NCBI GenBank assembly: GCA_051362555.1
Contig: CM120644.1
Span: 14,034,567-14,098,566, forward strand
Length of the DNA stretch: 64,000 nt
Source of the DNA: Lingula anatina
Lineage: Eukaryota > Animalia > Brachiopoda
Reading direction: 5' to 3'
The position numbers were made by a program, and so were the translations under genes. The notes under the pieces were generated by a model. The model saw only the letters and a list, made by a program, of their open reading frames with translations. It was not told where the DNA came from and searched no databases. Of the stretch, positions 1 to 14,297 are shown in pieces (position 1 is the stretch's first letter; each line of letters starts with the position of its first letter).

Positions 1-735
1 CGTGAAAGTTCATTCAATTACTTTGTGACTATTCACGAAGTAGGGCATCCGACTGAACAGAGCGTAGATTCATTTAATTTTACACGTAGCACGCACAGAT
101 ACATGTACCTACACCAAAACATCAATTGTGACTTCAACACGGTGGCGGCTTACTCTTCCCACTGGAAATATGTCACGCAGAACGGTGCTTAACCCTGGTC
201 TACCTGCTTCTGAAACGTGCGGATGCCTTAATGGCACCGTACACTTGTCCGTCCCCTTGAAGTTCAGTGTCACATTGAGGAAGTGGACGTATGCTAAGAC
301 CACATTAGTGACGATGTTTGCATAGTGACGTCAGAATATTTTTTACATTATCAGTAATGGTTAGTCTAAACCTTCATTCACCTTACGTGCTTTATATTTG
401 TGTTGCATTTTGAGAGCCATTGATTTTACATATGAAATATCATTATGAAAAATGTTTATTCCATTTTTTTCATTTCTACTTCATCTGCTAAAATGTTCAA
501 TTATTATTATAATTATTATCGCAATTTTTAATTTTCATTCCTTATTTTTTTACTGGCGACGCCTTACTAAGTTTTCCTGATATTCCTGACCTAATAGACT
601 TCCAAGTACACACGGGAATGTGGCTTCTTTTCTAACCTCAGCCGATCCCTTATCGGAGACGAAGTAATTCAATTCACATCGTAAGGAATTGAGAGTATTC
701 GTCTTTTAGAACAAACCAGTTCAATAAGGGGGCGT

Positions 736-870
736 GTCCAGACAAAGCCTGTTCGGACCGAAAATCGGTCTCACTGTCGTCATTACACGCACGACCTAAT
801 TACTACTCAAGTCCAAGGTTTGTCAAACTCCGTCCTATTTTTTCGGTCCAAATAAGTTTTTATCTGCACA
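736..870. mobile_element. Degenerate small foldback/MITE
   Basis: TGTCCAGACAAAGCCTGTTCGGACCGAAAA pairs imperfectly with TTTTCGGTCCAAATAAGTTTTTATCTGCACA. Confidence 0.5.
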
Positions 871-1776
871 TTGCAATTATATGCGTATTTCCATCGCCAT
901 TTAGCAGCCGTGAAAACACAACAAAGCTTACTTGTTGTGGATTAATTCCATCGTTCAAAATATCGGTAGGTGTAAACAGGACAATTGAATCCATACACAT
1001 CTGTGGCGACAAAAGACCGCTGTTAGAACGGGAATGTCAGTCTAACGTCAGTCTGCATATAAAAGCCCTTTTAACCCTATATTGCTATAACAAACTATCA
1101 CGATATCGCCCTTCCTTTTGCTTCACCAGCTGTTGGGCCATCAGCTGTCCATACAAACTGTGATGTCCTAGAATTAATATATTCAAATTCCTTGAGCTGT
1201 TTTTACACACGTTAAATGTGTCTAGGTTGCAACACACTATGGGTTTTTTAATTGGATGGTGCTTCTTTTTTAAAAGGGGGATTCTTCACGTTGAACAAAT
1301 ATCCCGGTATTTAAAAGGCGTTTCTATATGTGTATGATTCCTTCCCCTTTATTAACAGACTAAACCGTAAAATCAAACAAGCTGCATGAAAAACACGACG
1401 TAGTCTGACAACAAGGGAATCCATCAAAATCTGCAGGGAATTTCCACCCTTTCTTCTTTCAACACAAATAACGCCGTTTTTGACCACTATAAATAAATCA
1501 CTTCTCGCATACATCATTCCTGAACAAAGTCATTGGCATTTATTGATCGGCCTGCTGGATCCAGACAGATATCATTGTAGTGAATAATTTCTGTGGTGCG
1601 GGCGAAGCACTAATAAAGCTTGTTCACATAAGTCACATGTTAGATTGGGAGTCCGTCTGAAAACGCGTCGAGACTGAACACTAAGGCCCAGTGGGACTTC
1701 TAAATCAGGAAATCGTCTGACGTCGCGAGATAGATCGATAACGAGACCAGTGAATTCAGGATTTTGCCAAGCGGAC

Positions 1777-1785
1777 TGTGTGTGT

Positions 1786-1832
<47 letters not shown>
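1777..1832. repeat. (TG)n followed by a poly-G tract
   Basis: Direct reading. Confidence 0.95.
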
Positions 1833-1834
<2 letters not shown>

Positions 1835-4800
1835 GAGAAGGAGGAAGGTAACTTTCCTATAATTTTCCTATAACGCAGGGATAGAAGGTTGCCTGTTTTG
1901 TTTCATTTTGCTGCACTTATTTTAACTAAAATATTTCTGCGTTAATTTTATCTAAGGTATTTTAGTATATAGACTTTTTTCTCTCTTTTTCTTGGGGGGG
2001 GGGGAGGCATTTACCTCAGAAGCTATGGGGAAGCACGTGACCCTTGCCCCCCCCCCCCCCCCCCCCGCCAACGCCCCTGGGTTGCTTTTCACGCTGCTCT
2101 CGCCTCCAATACAAACATACAGGTACCGTAAGTCTAAACTTGAAGATTTGAAGTAAAGATCACATGTACTCTCATCTCTACAAACTTACCCTAGGTAACA
2201 TCAACATGTATAGGCCTAGTGAAGATGTTTTATCTCCGAACGAGGTACATGTACATGTAAGCATCTACATCCGGTTGCTTTATTCTTAATTTATTGTTAT
2301 TCTAATGTAAACATTTAGGGGTCAAGAAAGGTGAGGACAATGACTGTTTGGGCGTTGAAAAACAGGGTGCATTATTCTCAATCACTATTCCTGCAATATA
2401 TTTTAACCACACATGTCTCTAACTGCTATATCTACAGAACTTAATGCTTGTAACAGACGCTATACAGACGCTGTATGTGAGGTCAGAAATGTTCACCCTT
2501 GGCTTCAATAAGCTAACTTTCTCATTCTCTCTCTCTCTCTCTGTCTCTCTCTCTCTCTCTCTCCGTTTCTCTTTCCGGCAAACGCTCTCCAACAGCCGAG
2601 CACCGTTTTAGTGATATATACAGCCGGTGGTTCTTGAGGTCCATACATCCATACATCTTGAAGATGTGTCAATTATTGACGTACATCTTCATGTTTTGGT
2701 TTCCCTCTGTTTCGATTGCACACTGACTCATGGCACAAATTAAAAAGTAAGGTGTATAAAACCTGGTCATTCTGTGTATATGTAGGAGTACCGAGCGTAG
2801 CATCAAAAATAGTGTACCGCTATTATCAGTCTTCTGCCCAATCTTCTGGATGAGGTTTTATTACAGGACATGAGCACGTTCAAAACACGTTCATATTGAA
2901 GCGTTTTAAATTAATTTTACGCGGGTCCAAACTCTATTATTATGATATTAAGGGCTAAGATCTAAGTGGAACGACGGTTTTAATTAGGAATTTTGATACA
3001 TGTTAATTGGTACTAAGTGAAGATGGTTACGACATAATATTTATACATTTATCGTAAATGGCGTAAGCCGGAAATGGTCACTTGGATACAAAACTTTGGG
3101 ACATGAAATATATATTTGCATTAAAGCCAGATGTCGGATTCAAAGTGGTCATGCAAACACAACAAGCTGCTCAATACTGGTACTCTCCAAACTATGATCT
3201 CATTTTCGCCAATTTTCAAATACGGTAGATATAGTGCGTATGAAATTATGTTGTGTCTTTTTAACACAAGCCATCGCTAAAGTGAAGCTTATAAAGTCAC
3301 TCAACAATATTCGCTATTATAATCCGGTATACACATTTTATTAACAGTCCTTAAACACATCAAACGCGTGGCGGTCTATAGGAGTAAATTTTCTTGTTGT
3401 TGTACAGGTATGCAATGCCAAAATTCTCCCTCTTCCTTGCACACACACACACACACAACTCTATTTCATTCTTAAAATGGTTTTTCTGTCAGTCTGAATC
3501 GAATTGTCGTATTTTTCTCCCGACCTTTCTGCACTCCCATTCATCTCTTCGCACCTGTCTTGTCTGTCTACACCAAAACCCACAGGCATTTTAGCATTGG
3601 CAAAAAATTAATGAAAACTTTGTGTAACAGCGCCTGTCAGAATACATGCACATCGTTTTGAAACCAATCACAGTAATGGCACCGTAGTCGGGTTATTGTA
3701 GACGTAACTAGCACGATCGAAGTCGATAAATTACTTATCGAAAATGAAAATACTGTGAAGAATTAATATATAAGACCGCACGGACTTATTATTTCGCTAT
3801 TGTGACGAAAAGTCTATCACCTTCTGTCGTAATTTCAAAAACAATACATTTTTACAATGATATTTTACTATTAAAATGAGTTGAAGAAAAAATGGATCTC
3901 ATTGAAATGATGTGCTAATGCTCTACCATAAAGTGTTATGTTGTGCAGAAATGCGGTTTATATATACACGTTACCACCGTAGTCACCGTTGTCAGTATAA
4001 ACTTACCATTGAATAATAATGATGATAATAATATTAAGAGGAAGATAATCAGAAAAGGTCACAGACCAATTGGAATCGGAGTAATTTTCTTCAGTTTAGG
4101 CTGTCTAGACGTCTATCGTGTTGCGTGAGTGAACTTTAGAACACAATCCCCTAGTATGTTTTAGGTACGGATGCCATGTACATTGAGGTTATATATACTA
4201 AAAGTCTAAATATCTGTCTGATCTATGTGCAAGCATACCTGAGTAACGGAGGCTACAGGGAATTCACCTCTATTGCAGTGTATTGGCAGGCCTCGGAACC
4301 TATAACACTACAGCGTTTTCACGATTATCGGAAATACTGGGGTTGCAAATTGGTCAAGTACCTATCTACACTTTGAAAAAAAAAAAAAAAAAAAAAAAAA
4401 CTAGACCTGACTCTAATCAGTTTTAAATGAATCGTTGAGAAAGGAGACGTTTTTGTTATACGTGTATTTTGTATGTGTAACCACTGTATAACTCCCGGTG
4501 TTGAAGGGTCAGCGCTTTTGGGACCGTAGAGTGAGAAAGAGTCACGTTTTATAAATATCTACAATAATAAATAAAATAATAATCTAACTGGGCATTTACC
4601 GGCTTACAAGCAAACGCACGCACACATTCACAAACACACGCACATGCGTTATATTTGCCACTGAATATCAATATAGTCCCAAAGTGAAAGGTCACCACCA
4701 ATTCCCTTTTCAACTCCATCATCGTATACTTCATGGACCGTAATAACGTGCAATATTACAGTTGCATTGCATGGTTAGAAGCATTACGCGTGACCAGATA

Positions 4801-6140
4801 TTACACCCGGTACATGTACATGTAGGCCTATATACTAACTACCTGTACGTTATTCTGCTGCAAACACCCTGATATTGAGATGCCTTTAACAATATTCATA
4901 ACTAGTAAATTATATAAATGTATGCACGCTGACAATGGAGTTCCCTGGAAAGATTATGAAGACACGCCCACTGCTATGGAGAGAGAGAGAGAGAGAGAGA
5001 GAAAACGTGTGTGTGCCCTGAAAATAAGGTGATGAAGAGAGTAAGCTGAGTATTGGAGGGAGCTACCATCAGTGCTCTGACACTCAGGGTGAAAGAGAGA
5101 AATATGCAGAGCAGAGGGGGAGAGCCATCGTCAGTAATCGGAAACTTCGGCCCTCCTACTGCACTCTAAGACTATCATAGAACTCCTGTGGGGATTCTTC
5201 CATAAGTACATTACTACAATATATGTGTTTTAAATGATCCGTAAATATACCTGTTTTATATGATCAACAATGACCTCCTTAATATCCCCCCTAATTAAAC
5301 ATGTATGCACATCTCTAAACGCTGTGACCTTTTTAAATGTGGGTATTCACATAAATTTTATATAAAGCGAGTATTTCACTATGCCATTAACGCAAACTAC
5401 AAATAAATACCATACGAGATCGCAGGAAGGGAAAATCATCTTACCAATTTCCACGGTCGATTCAAGAATCAAATGCACTCCTTGGCTGTCTGATCTTTAT
5501 AAACCAAGGTCACTGAATCCCTTAATACTTCCTCTCTCACACCCCCCACTTCTAGACGATTTCTTCTAAGTGTGTCGCTGTCAACTTTCATCTGCCACGA
5601 CGTACAACTGAAGCCTTATCATAGCTTACTGGGTTGATGAATAAATGATCGCCGAATTAGTCTAAGTGCAGGTAAACAGTGTGCAAAATGACTGCCTGAG
5701 TCAAATTGGTCTGAAGCTTTACCGATCGATATGTTTTCGCCGGCTGCTGCATGCAGCTCGGGTAGTTGTGTATATATGTAATACACAGGTCTATATGTGT
5801 GTGTGCCTGCGTCAGCAACTTCTGTGTAGTCGCGTAAATGGCGTAGACGTACATGTTAATGACGAAGTCCTTTTTTTTTAACGTTGTCGTCTCACTGAAT
5901 CGGTTTGCGGTTTCTGGACGAAAGAACGGTGGCAGTGGTGTTGGGAAGGGAAGGTGGGGGTGCATGTCATGAATACCATTTCATATTCAATTATTGATTC
6001 CTTTATGAAAACATTATAATTGCAAAAAATAAAGGATAGGGAGCAACCGATTAGCAACCACATTTATTAATTTTTTCTTAAATGATACATATTAAAAACC
6101 GCTGCAAAGGGGCATTTGGCAATGATCAGTAAACATGATA

Positions 6141-6152
6141 CTCTCTCTCTCA

Positions 6153-6216
<64 letters not shown>
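6141..6216. repeat. Compound (CT)n(GT)n microsatellite
   Basis: Direct reading. Confidence 0.95.
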
Positions 6217-6218
<2 letters not shown>

Positions 6219-6733
6219 CATTTTGTTTTTTAGAAAGGTTGGGGTGGAGTTACGGAATACATTGAATCTCGCAAGAAGTATAATAAAGTATAAGGCTAAG
6301 ACCCAGTGTTTATATACAGCTATGTGCATGCGAATAATTTGCAACAATATGTATAATGTTACATTATTTATACATAAAAGGACAGAGCACAGTCACTCAG
6401 AAGACGTCGAGTCGAGACAGCATGTTGACAGCACGCCGTGCATGAATGAAAAAAATTATAATAACACGATTCACTGAATCAGGGGCAAATGCATCCGCAC
6501 ATTAGAAGGACTGGGGATATTCTGTTTAAGAGATAAGCACAGATACTCACTTGTTTTACCTTTTACCTTTAGCTAGAACCACACTGATACAGACCACACC
6601 GCATGCCTCGTCTGCAGCTTTTTTTCGGGATAATTATGGGATGGAATAGAGTGCTCTTTGTCGCATTTTGGTGTCTCCTCTAACGCAATGACAAACAATC
6701 GCGTTAGAAATTCGGCCTGCGGCAATACAGAAC

Positions 6734-8328
6734 TTTTTATGTACAGACACAGATGTGTCTGTACATATAGCCATCATCTGCGTCTGTCGTCGCCGTCGTC
6801 GCCGTGCACTTTTACCGATAACACGATAAGTGGAAAACTATTTTACCTTTTGACTTGAAACTTGCAGAACTGATGAATATTCATAATACGCAGGTCAAGT
6901 TCGAAAATCAGCATGATCGGGTCACTTTTAGGGATTTTATGCTGTTTTTTCACTTTTTTCAGCATATATGCAGCACCGATAACACGATAAGTGGAAAACC
7001 ATTTTACCTTTTGACTTGAAACTTACAGAACGGATGAATATTCATAATACGCAGGTCAAGTTCGAAAATCAGCATGATCGGGTCACTTTTAGGGAATTTA
7101 TGCTGTTTTTTCACTATTTTCAATATAAATGCAACACTGATAACACAATATAAGAAAAACAGATAGGCCAATTGTCATTATACTCACAGGAGTGGTCAAT
7201 CTTACTAAAACGCAGGTTGAGTTCGAAAATCAGCATAATCGGGCCATTATTTTAGAAGTTATACTGTTTTTTCACATTTCCTCAGATTCAATTATTAGGC
7301 ATGTTAACAGTCTCATTATTGAACTAATAAGATGCCTAAAAGTTTTTGTTTGATATTTCCTGCATCTTTACAACATTGTTAGTTGATTATGTAAAAAACT
7401 TGGTAAACTTGTTATCATGTATTGTGTAATAAAGTGTCAAAAATGGAAATAAACTCATATCATTGCAGTTTGTCAGATTCAATCATCCACTATGTTCAGA
7501 ATCTCAGAATGGAGGAAATTGGACATTTAACACTGTTCTATTGATACTTTTCCCATCTCATCAATTTTCTTAGTTGGTCATATAAAAATGGCAGTAAAAT
7601 GTTTATTTTGTTTTATGTTAAAAAAGTGTTAAAAATGGAAATAAACCCATTTCAGAACAGTGCTGTCTTGTTTACATTTTGGCATTTTCAAGGCGTGACT
7701 TTGAAGTTCCATGGGCCTGAAGACCTTTGCTAGTCACATTTTCTGAATATCTGTGATACAAATATTTTATAATTAAAAATTGATGGTCATTAAGCTGTTA
7801 AACATTATGTAATATTGCATCAAAATTTGAAGAAACCCCTATTTTGGGCACTGCTTCCATGATGACCATTTAAGGAAAATCATGTCACTTACTGTTCTCA
7901 AACTTACAGGAAAGAAACATGGGAACATGGGACTAAAATACAGCTTCAGTAGGCAATGCAGTCTGTTTGGTATTTTTTTTTTTTTTTTTTTTGGCAGTTA
8001 AACAGTTTTTTGTGAAAATTTAATTTTTCGCATATTGGCATTTTCAAGGTGTGACTTTAAAGTTCCATGATCCTGAAGACTTTTGCTTGTCACATTTTCT
8101 GAATGTCCATGTTACTGATATTTTATTAATAACATTTGATTGTCATTATGCTGTTAAACATTATGTAATGTTGCATCAAAATTTGAAGAAACCTAGGCAA
8201 CCCAGTCTGTTTGGTAAATTTTTCTGGCAATTTAACAGTTTTTTGTGAAAATTTAATTTTTCACTTATTTGCTTCTTTATTTTCTGTTTTTTTTTGTCTG
8301 TACATTTGACAGCTTTGCTGCCTTGTTT
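6734..8328 (+). mobile_element. Helentron-associated non-autonomous element (HINE/DINE-1/pearl-like) with internal tandem repeats
   Basis: 5' end: T-tract, palindrome ATGTACAGACACA-GA-TGTGTCTGTACAT (6739-6766), then GTCGTCGCC microsatellite-like stretch. Interior: ~161-bp tandem units starting at 6814, 6975 and ~7134. 3' end: subterminal IR TGTCTGTACAT (~8295-8305), hairpin GACAGC-TTT-GCTGCC, then TTGTT. Confidence 0.8.
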
Positions 8329-9356
8329 CGTGTCCAAATCAAAGAGATCTTCTTATCTATCTATCTATCTATCTATCTATCACTTTGTTCAAATCATTCC
8401 AGTCTAAGGCTGTTCTTTATGTGACGACAGTAAAAACAGTTACACAGTTTGAGTGAAAATAAATGCACAACTTCCAGTTTCATTATCTTTTTATTTTGTG
8501 ATACTTTTTTTAAATTTCAATTTATGTTATTTATAATTATAATTTCTTTTCATATTTTAATTATTCTCAGCATTGATAACCTTAAGTGGAAATTTAGCCA
8601 ATTTCACTTTTATGAAGTGTGGACAACACTCCACATGTGATGTGACAAATATTGTACTAGTAAATTAATATAAAAATTGTTATAATGCACATTGCTATGG
8701 GCCTTGCATACAAGTTGCAGAGTGCTCTTTTATTCTGATGAAATTAACTTTTTTTTATAAGAAACAAACAGTTCAAAATAATATTATCATGATATATGTT
8801 ATAATTACTTTATGCGGTGCAATTTCACATTTTCAAAAGGATATAGCTGCATTCACTTTTACTTTTTTAAGAAATTGAGTTACATTTTCAATAGCCAATA
8901 AAACCATGCTTAAATTTAAAAGATTTATTTGATTGTAGATTTAATTTTGTAAAAAAAAAAAATTAAAAGCACCCATAAAAAGAGAAAAAATCACAACTAC
9001 TTTAAAAAATCTCTATAAAGTTGTTAAATGCCACAACTACAGTCGGATGTTGTACTGATAGGAGCACTATAAGGCTGCTAAATTCAGATGTTAATAAATA
9101 AATAAATAAATAAATAAATAAAAATATTCCGCATACTTTGAAATTACATTTTTTTTTTGCTCTTTCAGGACTAGCTTTTAACTTTCCATTTAGCTTTATG
9201 CCTTCCACAGAGCTGTACAACATTTAACAAACAGTTTCTTCTAATTCAATGGCACAGTCATACTTTCAGATATGGTTTGTTTTCCTATGAGATTACTTTC
9301 ACTTCATTCTTTGTTTTCTTCCAGATCTCTTTTCCTTTCAAATAATCCATGCTTGT

Positions 9357-11973
9357 TTACTGCCAAGGTACAACTTTCCTCTCGTACAGAAACTTGCCTT
9401 TTGGTTCCTTCACATTAGGAGGGAGAGTGGCCAGATATACTGGGGTGTCTGCCCCTGTATGGAAATAACATGAAATAAATATAAATATCACAGATGGTAA
9501 TTATTTAACACAAGCTGAAAATGTTTTCTTCCTACCTTTTAGTTGCTACCAACCTGGTCATAGGCCTTTATCGAGCTAAGGATAGGGAGAAAATGTTCAA
9601 CTTGTGTTCAAGAATTATCATCTATGATCCAACTACCAAGCTAATGAACATTTTTGCTCATGTATGAAATCAATAGTTGGCTTGATCAGAACCTTTCCCC
9701 AGAAGGTGCTGTTTTGCTACCCTTTTCGTGGGTCACAGATTGATTTTTTTTTATCGGGGCCTGCTCAAGGGCTCTGAACTTTTTTTTTTTGGTGTTTTGG
9801 AGGGCAAATGGTGTACAGATTAGAACTATTATTCAGCTAGTCAAAATTCTAATTTCAAGAGGGAAATATTGGTGTGATATATTTTTCAGAAACCAAAGGG
9901 GCAGGGGGTGGGGTCAGGACACCCCTGATCCCCCCTCTAAATCCGCCACTGTAGTGGGTATGTCTTTGACTAGTTCTTTACACTTTTTTGTTCTGTGAGA
10001 AATAATATATGGAATTGTCATTACTAGTGCCCTGAAACTATACTAGTTAGTGGCTGCCAAACACACAAGACATTCTCCTTAACATCATTCCATCAAAATA
10101 ATTAATGTCAAGTTAAATCTTATGTGAAATGCCATTGCCTAAGTTTGTGACAGATATATTTAATTGTAAAAGAGCTGAATGATAATTACTGTAACAGTTT
10201 TGGATTCAACAAAAACCACATTTACTCATAAGATTTACTTTGATTAAAAATATAGAATTTGCATTTTTCCTTCAACTAGTCAACCGATCTATACACACAT
10301 ACAAACATACATGTACAGTACTATCACAAACACATGTAAATATTTCATTTGAAGTGTACATATAGATTTAATATCATAACATTTAAAGTACATTGTATTT
10401 GATCACAATACCTTGTTCTGGTGTCTTGGGTCCCTTGTGGCTGGTCATGTCAGTGTCCACATACCCAGGGCAACACTGGAGATATAAGAGACAAGATGCA
10501 GAACCTTAGTAAGTCATGATCAGTCTCTGTATACATGTATTTGCATGTGTACAGCTGTCCTTTTCATTTTTTATCAGTAAGGAATACTGCAAATGGGGGT
10601 GGATCCAGGATTATTTGAAGGAGGGGGGGGGATCCGCAGATGTAAAGCCGACCCTTGGCCCCCTCTGGCATGGGGTATGGGTAAGCTATATATAATTTTG
10701 GTACTTTAGAGGGTGAACTTTAGAGCATGACCCCCCCCCCCCCCCCCCAAATCAGTCACTGTATTTTAACTAAATAATAATTTTCAGAAACATAACACAA
10801 CACATAACTTACCGTATTAACCACAATATCCTCTCTGGGGTCAGTGTTAAACATGTCCTGCTGGACAATGCCCAAACAGGTGACGCCCACTTTAGATGTC
10901 CCGTATGCACTCTCTGGCCAGCCTTTCTCTTTGAAAGTACCATCTTTTGCAGCACTTCAATAAAGTTGAATACACAAGAGACATTTGAAATATTTGATTG
11001 TGTTTTGTATTATGTATTTCACTTTCCATAACCCTACCTTTCAAACACTTTTTCACATATTTTTTTTTCAGGACTAAGCTGACAAAAATTACAATGTAAA
11101 ACCTTTGGCTACTACTTTGGTACACAAAACTGTCTCAAACATTTGAAATCTGCTGTGAAATGCACATGTAGGCTACTCTACAAATTATTTTAAAGATCTT
11201 TACTTGCTCCAAAAGATTTTTCATGAATCTCTGAAAAATTGCTCTAAAACCTGATTTCAAATTTTGAATAACTAAATGAACTTTTTCCTGAGGATTTACT
11301 TGTTCCACAAAATACTTCATCAGTCACTACTTACTCCACAAACTGCTTCATAAGAGCCGACAGCTCATCCATAGTCAGTTTTGATGTGAAAGTTTTCCTC
11401 AGTTGTTCACTGACTCTCCTCAGTGTACCTGTACTGGCCTGACTTGACACATGAACCACCCTAGAATAAAGATAATAAATCTTGATAATAAAATTAAATT
11501 AAATGTCAACGTTAAAATGTGAATGTTGAGTCAATGTTGAATCTTTATTTATCAACATCTAAACTTAATTGATTTTACTACAATTTTTTTAAGTCACACT
11601 TTAAATAAGATTATTTTTCAACATTTATCATTTTAGCTTCACACAAAATGTTTTATTTATATAGCATTTAACCTATGTCACTTTCAAACTTTTAAATCAT
11701 ATTTGGAAAATCTATTTTTATTAATTTGTTTGATTTTAAAGAGTTACTGCTATATGAGGACTGCAGTACCTCCTGTGTAGGATAACAGTAATGGAAGAGG
11801 AGGGCACAAGGAAAAAGTGTACTTTTCTTTCCTCAGCAAATATAAACCAGTAAAAGAGATCAGTTTTTCTATAATAATATGTACTATGGGACACAAGTGT
11901 GAAAACTTGATTTTATTTTTTATTTCACTTTCTTTTATTGGATTTTGGGAAGTAGGCCTACATTTCAGAAGAT

Positions 11974-12012
<39 letters not shown>

Positions 12013-14250
12013 CCATTTACAAGTTAAGGGGATCCACGTTTGCCATGCCCCCCCCCCCCCCCCCCCCCGAAATGGCTGTTGAATACTTACCTGGCATGGG
12101 GTCTTAGCAGGGGAAACAAACTGTTGCACACGTTAACAGTTCCCCAGTAGTTTGTGTTAACTGTTACCTCAGCTTGTTCTGAAAATGGAGCTTTTGATGC
12201 CATCTGTCAAAAGAAGAAAAACATAATAAGAAAAAACAAACAAACGCACAAATAAATTAACAGTAGACCATAAATGAATGAATGAATGGAATGAAATGTA
12301 AAAGGGAAATAAAAAGATATATCATCAGTTTATAATCCAAGTAATCCACAATTAAGCATTGAACTGAGTTATATTTTATCAACATATACATTATATAGTT
12401 AGGTTTTTAAAACATTAAAGAAATGAGAAAATAAAAATCGAGAAAAACATGTTAATATTAGCTGAGAATCACCTTGTATGCAATCCCGGCATTATTTATT
12501 AATACATCTAGGCCACCGTGAGTTTTCTCAAGGTGTGCCCTGAAAGCCTCAATACTGTCCTTGTTGTCTAAGTCTAACTGATGAAAAAGCGGTTTAACAC
12601 CTTCTTTTTCAAGTTCTTGAACTGCTTGCTGGCCACGCCCTGTGTCTCGAGCTAAAAAATAAAAATAAAGAAGTCAATAAACAAATCACGTTATATAAAA
12701 TCATGTTAATATTATCAGGGATGAAGCTTGAAAAGTATCTCCCTAGTCGATGGCATTTGATTATTACAATTTGATAATTACATTTGAGTTTTTATATCTT
12801 AAAATAATAATAAAAAAAATACAAATTCATTCGGCATTTATTTTGAGATTTTGGACAAATACATCATTCTACACACGTACCTGTCAAATAAACAATCCAC
12901 TCGGGGTGTTGCTTGCAAAGTGTCTTCACAATCGCACGTCCTATGCCTTTGTTACTGCCCGTCACCTGCGAAGATTAAAAAATGCTACCCTGTTTTAAAC
13001 AAACGGACTTAAATTTTCAGTACTCAAGTGGATCGCAGACTTATATCTATAAAAAATTACATACGAAAGGGAAAATAGTAAGGACAAGATTTTAATACAT
13101 GTAATTAAAAATTTGGAGGGATGAATTAGATGACTACTGGAAGTCTTGGAAGAAGAAACCTTGGCCAAACTGGAAATCTGAGGCTCAGGATAGGAAACAA
13201 TGGAAAAAGCATGCTGAGGCCTTTGTCCAACAGTGGAACACTAAAGGCTCTAAATGATGATGATGATGATGATGATGAATTAAAAATTATATCCAACTCA
13301 CGTACGTGAGTTATGCCTTCACATGTGCACGGTGTGATTGTTTGATCGATTTCAGAAATTTGCTGAGTCATTCCACAATTTTCTAGACTCATTGACCATT
13401 AAGTGCACTGTGTAGGTATCTAAGGCGGGTCCAGGGCAGAGGCAACTTAAATTATACAATATGTGTGCCCCCTTTCGCACTCCTCCAGCAAAATACTTGA
13501 AACGAGTGAGAAAAATGTTTGGGGGTTCATCGATTCGTTGCTTTTAAAAGGTACACTGTAGGCTACGCATTTGAAAACCCCCCAAAGCCATAATGTTTTA
13601 TGTGTACATACGGTGTTTCCTGCAAAGCTAATGATCTTTCTTAATTCAGACTTACAAGTAAAATACCAGGGGCGGATCCAGAGATATTTTCTGACAGTCT
13701 TCCATATTATATTTGTTGATCCATCCTCCACTTTTTGACCGTCTTCCGACAGAAAAAATTAGATACCCGTCAATGTAAACTTGAAAATCTGACCGTCTTC
13801 CGGAAGACCCAGAAGACGGCCTAAATCCGCCCCTGAATACTATAAGTCCCTCTAATCACAGTACCTGGCGAAATATACTATAAATACAGGAAGGCATAGC
13901 ATTTTAAATAACTGGCGTGAATCCATTTATTAAATATATTAAATTTATTAAATGGAATAATACATCGAATCAAATCGCAGGGACGGTCAAGCAGGGGCTG
14001 GTGAACAGGAGTAAATTTTCCCTCAGTGTTCGGCCTCACATGCTAGGTAGTTAATTGAGGCAATAAAGTGGAATTCCTAGACACTGTTCAACGGTACCTA
14101 CAGGTATATAGTCTACCTGGGATCCTAGATTCCAGAGACAAAACCTGCCAATTTACACACGTGCCACAGGGATTCATCCCTGATATTGTTATTTTGATCA
14201 GGTGGACTTAACTCGGTTGACTTAGGTATGAGCTTACTCCCCCCCCCCCT

Positions 14251-14297
<47 letters not shown>

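Noticed and set aside
109-325. Overlapping 64-65-aa ORFs at the window start
   Set aside because: Non-ATG starts, an upstream in-frame stop on the minus frame, and no recognisable homology or exon boundaries.
12083-12096. ATACTTACCTGGCA, identical to the 5' end of U1 snRNA
   Set aside because: It is the reverse complement of the CBR-A exon 4 donor (TGCCAG|GTAAGTAT). The downstream sequence is CBR coding sequence, with no U1 stem-loops or Sm site.
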